From Balanoglossus misakiensis (Eukaryota > Animalia > Hemichordata), in the NCBI GenBank assembly GCA_040954595.2, contig CM082578.2:10361166-10425165 (forward strand): a stretch of 64,000 nucleotides of DNA, given 5' to 3'. The notes under the pieces were generated by a model that saw only the letters and a list, made by a program, of their open reading frames with translations, searched no databases and was not told the DNA's origin. A program made the position numbers and the translations under genes. Position 1 is the stretch's first letter. Each line of letters begins with the position of its first letter. Below are positions 54,615 to 64,000 of the stretch, piece by piece.

Positions 54615-55053
54615 TCAAAGGTTTAGTGGAACCCGGTCGAGTGCTTTCATGGTCAACTCGGCACCAAGGAAGCAGGCCTGTAACACAAGGAGAAAATCAG
54701 TCAGAAAGGAGATAGACCCAAGCGTCGAGGCAGATATATCGGACAAGCTTTCTGTTGTCTGTACGCAACTCGCCATGGCCAATTAAATGACGCAGAGATC
54801 ACAACGAAACCGGAAGTAAGACTTGCGCAAATGGCCACACGTGAACAAGTATACCGTGCCATGGCTGAATATTTCACAATTGGCGGTACATGTTTATATA
54901 TTGTGCCAGCGCCGACTTACCGCACCGCTTGGGAATGATCTCATCATCTGTGGAGTTAAGCCCCTGAAGAAACCACGTATGCCCAGATTCCGATAAATAT
55001 CTAAGAAAACATCGCGGAGGCCGTTCGGGTACTTGCCTGGAGCAGCTGTTGGA

Positions 55054-55084
<31 letters not shown>

Positions 55085-55158
55085 ATTAATTAATTAATTA
55101 ATTAATTAATTAATTAATTAATTAATTAATTAATTAATTAATTAATTAATTAATTAAT

Positions 55159-55253
<95 letters not shown>

Positions 55254-55958
55254 TTAATTAATAATATATAGACACACAGAAACTACCACGCAGACAGCAA
55301 ACAGATAGACGGAACATGAGCCCTCTGATTTGCACGGAGCTAAAATGGAGACAAAATCGAATAGGAATTCGAATAATTTAAAGCGGTTACCAGTCTGGTA
55401 TCGTGACTTTAACGTATCGATTGGTATCACAATACTGTAAGAACAACCAGAAATACCACCAGCCAATAAAGTTCTACCAATGCTCAGGTCTCGGTCACTG
55501 GCGATACAAAAAAATATCAAAGTGATGTCGTATGTAAATACATTTCATCGATTTAAAAAATGATAAACAATTCTGCAACCTGACTCATGTTAAGGCCATA
55601 GCCTGAAGTAACAGGGCCCAATGCTTTTTTGAAGACTCGCTATATTTTCCATGTAATTTTTCTAGGGACAGTTGTTCCAACTTGTGCCCCCCAAATATAT
55701 TCTATGATTGGGACTGAGTATTATCCAGAGAAACTCGACCTATTAAACGGAGCAAAAGGGTTATTTTACAGTTCATATTGCTACGGTTGTTCTGTCTCGG
55801 GCAACCCATTGCCAGTGATTTAAAAGTCGAACTAAAACAAACTATTGAACTTACGTCTGTCCTTTTGGAGTCAAGTACCGTTTGACCAATTCATACACCA
55901 GGAAGTAAATGCCAGATGCAGGCATATCTGACAAAAATGACATCAAATCTTGATCAAC

Positions 55959-56033
<75 letters not shown>

Positions 56034-56120
56034 TACCACCACCACCACCACCACCACCACCACCACCACCACCACCACCACCACCACCACCACCACCACC
56101 ACCACCACCATCACCACCAC

Positions 56121-56192
<72 letters not shown>

Positions 56193-56294
56193 TACCACCA
56201 CCACCACCACCACCACCACCACCACCACCACCACCACCACCACCACCACCACCACCACCACCACCACCACCATCACCACCACCATCACCACCAC

Positions 56295-56381
<87 letters not shown>

Positions 56382-56475
56382 TACCACCACCACCACCACC
56401 ACCACCACCACCACCACCACCACCACCACCACCACCACCACCACCACCACCACCACCACCATCACCACCACCACC

Positions 56476-56553
<78 letters not shown>

Positions 56554-59219
56554 GAATGTCTTGATCTTAATTTTTGTTGTCGTGTTTCTTTATTGCTCGG
56601 TTCTCGGATGTCCGTAATATGACAATGCAGAAAAGTTGCATAAAAACACTTAGAGCAAAATTACACACATGGCGACGTACCTCGCATTAATGTGAGCAAG
56701 GTGCCTTTGTAAACTCCCCGAATGCCGGATTCCTTGTAAAATTGTTTGATACAATCTGCCGGTCCCGAGTACTTGGCGATGGTACCAGAGGCTGCTTGAG
56801 CCTACATATCATATACATGTAACAGAGAGTAAATTAAAGGGACAAATAAGTCTCTCTCTAGCTGCCCCTTTGCCATCCTTTTCCGTCTGTCAGTCTTTCT
56901 GCCTGCCTGCCTGCCAACATATCAAACCCTCGGCCGTTCACCCGTCCACCACACAAAATCACCTACACACCCACTCACCAACCCATCCATCCATCCATCA
57001 ATCCGTCAGTCTGTCTCCACTAGTATCTATCTATAATTTGATTGGTTAGAGAGATGATTGTATTAGGCGGTTGGTTGGTATACAGGTACTACGATCAGTT
57101 ATATGTACTACAAATTTAATTAAAATTAGATGTAGGAATAGCTTGATCTTTACCTTTGCTGGTTATTGTGTGTGGCATATATCCGACAACATAGCCGAAC
57201 AAAGCAGCCAAGAACAGAACAGTCGAGAATCAGCAAAGGTAGAGATCGAGCCAACCCTACATTTGATTACTACCTGCAGTGTACACTTGATTCTGTCAAC
57301 GGGCACAGTAACAGGCGTGCCAACTAAACTGGAGAACATTCCCGCTTTCAGCAATTGCCAAGATCTGTTTTAAAATGGAAATAACCGCCACAGGCGAAAA
57401 AATCATAGTCATACATTTCGGAGGGGCATTTTTCGACACTGGTTTTTGCCACATCTATGATGGCATGACACGGTGGCCTGGGGGCGCAGTCTCCGTGATA
57501 AGAGCCTAGGAGTAAACCACTTCCAATGGCATATATGATCCACTTACGTCAATTGGTCATCGGGGTGCTTCTGTTGATATTTCTTGGCCAGTCCAAACCC
57601 CCAAAAGTACAATGACATTACGGGCGTGATCATCACTAGTGGCGCCATCATGCCTCTGTAGAATCCTGCCACTCCCTGCAGACAAATAATCAATAACTTT
57701 TAAAGGCCGACGATCGTCTTATGCGCATGTGCGTTATTTCGTTTGTACAAACATACGTATACGTCAATCCAAATATTCTGCAAATAGTGGACTGCTTTCG
57801 TTTCCTTCCATATTTCAAGCGCACGTTATAAGCAGACTTCAGTTTTGTCCCTTCTTTGCACCCAATTTGCTGTTTTATCTCGATCTCCGACACAGACTAT
57901 GGTCGCCGCCATCTTGTTTTGTATGGTGCAGTTTTGTAGTTCCGTGACGACTCCCCTTGACGATTTTTGTTTTGGACGGGGAGGCGAACTGTTGATTAAC
58001 AATGCAGACATCCATTGCGTTCCATTGTTATTTGTGATGCATTCATGTCTGGACCTGAATTAATATTTTGCACAACAACAATGCTGTGTAAGCATGTACA
58101 GGTTATAACAAGATGAATAAAAGCTATAGGCATTTTTTTCATTGTGTATATGTAGACGATCAAGAATTCGCTGTTAACACCCAGAACAAAAATACTGAAA
58201 AAAAAAGACTTGCAAAAGATGCACATACATGGAGCTTTAAACGGCCTTGAAAATACCTTGTACGAAATAAGAAATTCCCTTATGATAAAAATGGAAAGAG
58301 ACAGTTATTGTGCATGGTTCCATGTTCTGGTCTATTCGTATTACTAAGGTAAAGTCTTTTCCTAATTGAGAATTGCTGAGTTATAGATTGTGAATACATA
58401 CCCAGCATTATATAATACGTTCATGACAATTTCTTGATAAAGGAGAACTACCAGAACATTTACATTATTGGCCAGATAATCTTAAATCGTTCTCGTATTA
58501 ATTCAACTGTCGCCGAAAAAAAAGTTCATCTCTTGGCTATAGCATGCTACGCGGAACAAAACAATGAAACGTATTTTTGACATGGTATGCCTTAATAACT
58601 TATATTTATAAAAAAAAATACATACTTCAGTTCGAATGGTCTTGGCCACACAGTCAATCATGCCGTTGTACGTTGATTGCGTCTGCAGTCGTACCTGTGG
58701 GTGTAAAGAATTCCACGGGTAAAGAGATCTTTAATATAAACAATTACATGTATAAAATGTACCAAGTGGACTCTCAGCCATTTTAATACATATTCTTTTT
58801 CTATCCTGTATCCGATCCCATTGAAGGCACGAAAAAATCAAAATAGAAATGACAACGCTGCATTCCCCACTTTGAAAATTCATAAATAAAGCATGGTCTC
58901 GTCCACTAGAAGACATCGAAGTAAATGTACTCCACTGAGACGTACATTTTCATTTTTCATTGCCATATTTCACTTTATTTAAATTGCGGTAATTTTCGAC
59001 TCCATTGATTTTTATTTTTGCCATTTTTCATAAATAAGTGTTATCTTGATATAGTATCAAGCAATATCGTTTAATATACAAGATAATATTTTTATCGAGT
59101 TGCAGCTCATGGGGCTTTAATACACCTACCTTGACAGTGTCCAAAGGTTGACCGACGACAATCATGCAGATGCCACCCACACCGCCGGAAAAGAAGTTCT
59201 TGATCGGTTTGGCCTCCAT
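54615..59219 (-). CDS. SLC25A20: Mitochondrial carnitine/acylcarnitine carrier-like SLC25 protein, tandem copy A, about 288 aa, 9 exons
   Basis: Exons: 59219-59130, 58694-58626, 57675-57548, 57364-57274, 56801-56681, 55927-55855, 55497-55391, 55045-54921, 54677-54615. Three carrier signatures [23 protein letters not shown]; also [29 protein letters not shown]. Confidence 0.9.
55053..55260. repeat. Palindromic AT compound repeat (TAAA)n(TTAA)n(TTTA)n
   Basis: Three adjacent tetranucleotide tracts. The outer tracts are reverse complements and the middle tract is self-complementary. Confidence 0.95.
55960..56553. repeat. Compound (CAT)n/(CAC)n microsatellite with higher-order periodicity
   Basis: Alternating CAT and CAC blocks; the junction CATTACCACC recurs near 56031, 56190 and 56379. 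Confidence 0.97.
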
Positions 59220-60300
59220 ATCGGTCTGTGTCCATGAATCGATCTGAGAATGAACTAAACGTTTGGTATCTTCGCCCGTCAATACGTGATGTCAGCGTTT
59301 TCAACACCGGAAATTCAATTGTTGTTATTCATCTGTGTTATGTAATAAATATTGGTGACATCAGCCTGAGACAAAACGCTATCCGAGAGTTCGGCGTGTC
59401 CAGTCCTGTCAATACAGTCTCTCCACACAATGTGCTGCAACCGTCACTTGTCTCTTTCACAAACTGCTACATGCGTTTAATACTATGACACGTTAATATT
59501 TTGTGCAGATCGTGAGAGGATATAAAGTTCGCTGCGTTTTTCTCGTCACCGCGTTTAGACCGCCACTCCAGCGAGAACTTCAAACTTCGACAAAATATAA
59601 ACCGTCTCTCGGAGATGCGATCGGAGAATGTCCGAAAAAAATTGTGAACATATGTAACTCTTGAACGGAACTGCGATGAAAATTTCTTCTCCTAACATAT
59701 AACAGCACTATGCTTCGGCCCGCCGGCGGGCATATAAACGTACCATGTCACAAACATCTAGCATGTAACTTTGTACCGTCAAGTGGGAAATGAGAGATGG
59801 AACAGGAAAAGGAATAGAAAATAAAGCCACACAAATTTCAGCTGCGATCGCCGTTTTCTTATTTGCTACGTTTTGTTTTATTGTTCAGTATAAACAATTT
59901 GTAATAAAACAGAACCGCCCTTAAAAGCTTGTGCGTTTGTATATCAAACAGAACAAAATGCCAATGTAACCAGACTTAGACTTTTTAGATAAAATTTAGC
60001 TCTGTATTAATTGCCCCATAGAATCATATTTGACCTTTATATACGGATTTGACCTTTATACAGATCGTAACAGCCGGTTTCCGAGGAGCACTCTCTCATT
60101 CAAGACATTGAAAAAAAAAATAGAAATAAAATTTACAAAAATCAGCCCGCTACCTGCATGAACCTGCAAAGTATGCATTAAGATGTCTCTTTGTCGAATG
60201 GCAGAACTCGGGGTGAAAACATCTTGAAATGCAGCATTTGGCATGACAGAGCGTCTAAGTACCCGTATCTTCACTGTATATAGTTGCAACGTCATCAAAA

Positions 60301-61182
60301 TCAAAGATTTATTGGTACCCAGTCGAGTGCTTTCATGGTCAACTCGGCACCAAGGAAGCAGGCCTGTAACACAAGGAGACAATCAGTCAGAAAGATGACA
60401 GACCCAAGCATGAAAAACATAATTGTGTTACTTTGTAATGAATCATATCTCCACGGTTACATCTGACTCTATGTTGTTCAAAGAAAGGGCGGGGGAGGAT
60501 GGGTTGCCCCAGCTATGAAAACCACCTGTCTGCAGTATTGTGCGCGTGCGCTGACTCACCGCATTCCCCGGAAATGATCTCAACATCATCGGAGTGAAGC
60601 CCCTGAAGAAACCTCGTACGCCCTGATTGCGTTGAATATCCCAGAAGACATCGCGGAGACCGTTCGGGTACTTACCCGGAGCAGCTGTTGGGATAAGTAT
60701 GTAAGTAAGACAGACAGACAGACAGACAGACAGGGCTTTTAGGTAAAATATACTAAAAATGAAAAATTCGAATAGGAAGTCTAATATAGAGGTTACTAAC
60801 TTACCAGTCTGGTATCGCGACTTTAATGTATCGATAGGTATCACAAAACCATAGGACCAGCCGGCGATACCACCGGCCAATAAAATTCTACCAACGCTCA
60901 GGTCTCGGCCACTGACGATACAAAAAACACGACAACAAATCAAAGTGGTTTCGTTTGTTGACTGAGGATAAGGAGAAGGTTAAAGTATATTTTAGCGATT
61001 TAAAACGGTTGCTATGTCTCGGGCAACCCATTGCCAGTGATTTAAAAGTCGAACTAAAACAAACTATAAACTTACGTCTGTCCTTTTGGAGTCAAGTACC
61101 GTTTGACCAATTCATACACCAGGAAGTAAACGCCAGATGCAGGCATTTCTGTCAAAAATGACATCAAAACTTGATCAACAAA

Positions 61183-61264
<82 letters not shown>

Positions 61265-61599
61265 TGGCTCGATCTTAATTTTTGTTGTCGTGTTTCTTTG
61301 TTCTCGGATGTCCGTAATATGACAATGCAGGAAAGTGGCATTAAAAAACACTTAGAGCAACATTACACACAACACCAGTCAAGCAGTGCGCAAGCGCTTC
61401 CCAAGATGGCGACGTACCTCGCATTAATGTTAGCAAGGTGCCTTTGTAAACTCCCCGAATGCCGGATTCCTTGAAAACTTGTTTGAGACAATCTACTGGT
61501 CCCGAGTACTTGGCGATGCTAGCGCTACCAGATGCTTGTTGAGCCTTCACATTATACACATGTAACGGAGCGTTAATCTCATTATATGTGCACAGATTA

Positions 61600-61633
<34 letters not shown>

Positions 61634-61778
61634 GCAATCAATCAATCAATCTCTATGTATATCTATCTATGTATCTATCTATCTACTATGTATCTATCTA
61701 TGTATCTATCTATGTATCTATCTATGTATCTATGTATGTATGTATGTATGTATGTATGTATGTATGTATGTATGTATG

Positions 61779-61877
<99 letters not shown>

Positions 61878-63405
61878 GCGTGTATGTATGCGTACATGTT
61901 TGATTGGTTAGACTTCGAGTGTATTGGGTGATTGGTTGCTTGTTTGTTCGTATGTTTGTTTGGTTAGTTGGTTGGTTGGTTGGTTGGTTAAGATCACTTA
62001 TATTTGCTATCGGGGGTATACCTGCAGTGTACACTTGATCCTTTCAACAGGCACAGTCACAGGTAGGGCAACTAAACTGGAGAAAATTCCCGCTTTCAGC
62101 AATTGCCAAGTTCTGTTTAAAAATGGAAATAACCGCCACAGGAAAAATAATCAGAGTCATACATGTATTTTTGTGAAATTCTTTACAAATCTCGCCTTGT
62201 GAACTTGAAAGACTCATAGGCGTGTGATGGTAAACTATCTCCAATGGCATATATGATACACTCACGTCAATTGGTCATCGGGGTGCTTCTGTTGGTATTT
62301 CTTGGCGAGTCCAAACCCCCAAAAGTACAATGACATTATGGGCGTGATCATCACTAGTGGCGCCATCATGCCTCTGTAGAATCCTGCCACTCCCTGCAGA
62401 CAAGCAGAATCTGATGTTTTAAAGGGGCCCGTGCGCGGTATTGTTAGTCTCGGTGAGTCTGGGTCACCGAGACTACGTAATTGTATGAATTCCTCCCGCT
62501 GTAGGTAATTTTGTTCTCTTGATGTGTCTCAATGTCACGATGCGTTTGTTGGTGACAAGTGACCGCAATGGGGACCAGAAGCCGGACGAACTGTTGACGA
62601 ACAATGCAGATACATGTATCTATAACGGGCCACTGTTAGTGTTGACAGATGCATTCATGTGTGGACCTGAATACAATTTAAACACTAAAATACGACTGAG
62701 TAATCACATATTGGTTATATTAAGAAGAAAAATAATTGGCATTAAAATCTTCAAGCAGGAAAAGAATTTATGTTTGATGCTCAGAAAAAAATATACTGGT
62801 ATATATGAAGATTTGTAATATTGGCCTGATAAACTAAACTCTCTCGTATAGTGCTATGGCAAGTTCTCCTGTTGGCATGCTACGCTGAACAAAACAATTG
62901 GGAATACTTCCAACATTGCATTGCTAAAATTATATTTGTAAAAAAATACGTACTTCAGTTCGCATGGTCTTGGCCACACAGTCAATCATGCCGTTGTACG
63001 TGGATTGCGTCTGCAGTCGTACCTGCATGTGGGTGTAAAGAATTTACAGCTAATGAGATCTTTAATATAAACAATCACATGATGTATAAAAGGCATCAAG
63101 TAGACTCTCGGCCACATATCTGTATTGTATCCGATCCAATTGAAGGTACGAGGGAGCCTAACGTTTTCCGGCGATGAGACGTGCTACGCTCTACCGGGGA
63201 GATACATGTAGCTACACTCGCCATCGTTGTATTGCTGGAAGTGGAATGGCTGAGAAGGACAGCTCGCAAATTATGCATGGCATCATGATCCCAGATAACA
63301 AACGCCAACCTATACCTTGACAGTGTCCAAAGGTTGACCGACGGCAATCATGCAGATGCCACCCACACCACCGGAAAAGAAGTTCTTGATCGGTTTGGCC
63401 TCCAT
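60301..63405 (-). CDS. SLC25A20: Mitochondrial carnitine/acylcarnitine carrier-like SLC25 protein, tandem copy B, about 290 aa, 9 exons
   Basis: Exons: 63405-63316, 63022-62954, 62393-62266, 62112-62022, 61544-61418, 61148-61076, 60911-60805, 60684-60560, 60363-60301 (873 nt). Same structure as copy A. Confidence 0.9.
61183..61261. repeat. (CAT)n microsatellite at the position homologous to the 55960-56553 repeat
   Basis: Pure CAT run with the same flanks as in copy A (TTGATCAACAA ... GATCTTAATTTTTGTTGTCGTG). Confidence 0.97.
61599..61877. repeat. Compound tetranucleotide microsatellite (ATCA)n(TATC)n(TATG)n(TGTC)n
   Basis: Seen directly in intron 4 of carrier copy B. Confidence 0.95.
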
Positions 63406-64000
63406 ATCGGTCTGTGTCCATGAATAGATCCGACAATCAATTAAACGTTCGCTGTCTTCGTCCGACAATACACGTGATCGTCAGCGTTTTCAACACCGTT
63501 ACTCAGTCGTTATTATTCGTCTGTGTTACGTAATAAAAAAACGGCGACGTCAGCCTGATCCTTGGGTCCATTAACTTTATTTGTATAGCTGCATGCATGT
63601 AAACAGCTGTCAAGACTGTGTGTCGTTTACTCTATTTTTACTGTTAAATATTCACATTCTTCTGCCGTGGTTTTGAATGTATGTATGTATTTATTTATTC
63701 ATTTCCAAAATTGTTCCTGATTGGATATGATATTTCTACGTTCTGATTGGATACCAGTAACAATACTAGTATCACTACGTCATATGCAAATTTGATCAAA
63801 ACCATGTGGGAAACATTAGTCGTCAACAGATTCAAATCAACCTCCAATAAACATCATCCAGGTGTAATGAAAATATTAATTGGGGAGGCACTATTTCCAT
63901 ACTTCTACGAATAAATGGACAACACCATTCATAGTGTATGTGTATGCTATCACCACGTCTACTTTATTACAATACAAGAGACAAAACAGTACAACAAATA

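Larger units (their letters stand above)
54500..63558. other. Tandem segmental duplication, units about 54500-59370 and 60180-63558
   Basis: Similarity extends to the 3' UTR (ATGTCTCTTTGTCGAATG at about 54502 and 60183), introns and the 5' flank (GTCAGCGTTTTCAACACCG, TCAGCCTGA). Confidence 0.9.

Noticed and set aside
55851-56617. Long poly-His, poly-Ser/Pro and poly-Met/Val ORFs
   Set aside because: They are translations of an intronic CAT/CAC microsatellite, and the carrier splices cleanly around it.
61588-61931. YLSI/MYVC repeat ORFs
   Set aside because: Tetranucleotide microsatellite artefacts.
54500-63558. Haplotype-duplication assembly artefact for the two carriers
   Set aside because: Intron lengths, repeat content and many coding positions differ more than I would expect for alleles. 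Read depth would confirm.
1-64000. CRISPR arrays, tRNA/rRNA genes, transposase or reverse-transcriptase ORFs
   Set aside because: None recognisable by eye. Degenerate repeats cannot be excluded without a repeat library.

Overview
Intron-rich animal genomic DNA, most consistent with an invertebrate deuterostome (inferred from vertebrate-like exon structures, a CTCF site and mosaic CpG depletion). I assembled gene models by hand from GT/GC-AG boundaries and frame continuity. Left to right: an M1 aminopeptidase N-like gene (-, runs off the left edge); a single-exon coiled-coil ORF (-); a 10-exon peroxisomal ABCD1/2 transporter (-) head-to-head with a 14-exon REDIC1/C12orf40-like gene (+); an SLC2A13/HMIT myo-inositol transporter (-) with two paralogous alternative first coding exons and a candidate alternative last exon; a 3-exon choline-monooxygenase-like Rieske oxygenase with an Arg-rich presequence (+); a secreted syncollin-like ORF (+); and two tandem 9-exon SLC25A20-like mitochondrial carriers (-) with altered substrate-contact residues. 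Three points stand out. First, a possible mitochondrial quaternary-amine/osmolyte module (Rieske oxygenase, divergent carriers, inositol transporter). Second, swappable N-terminal TM1-4 cassettes in HMIT with different sorting motifs. Third, the ABCD-REDIC1-SLC2A13 order and orientation match the human 12q12 block. Homology calls come from recalled motifs, not database searches.
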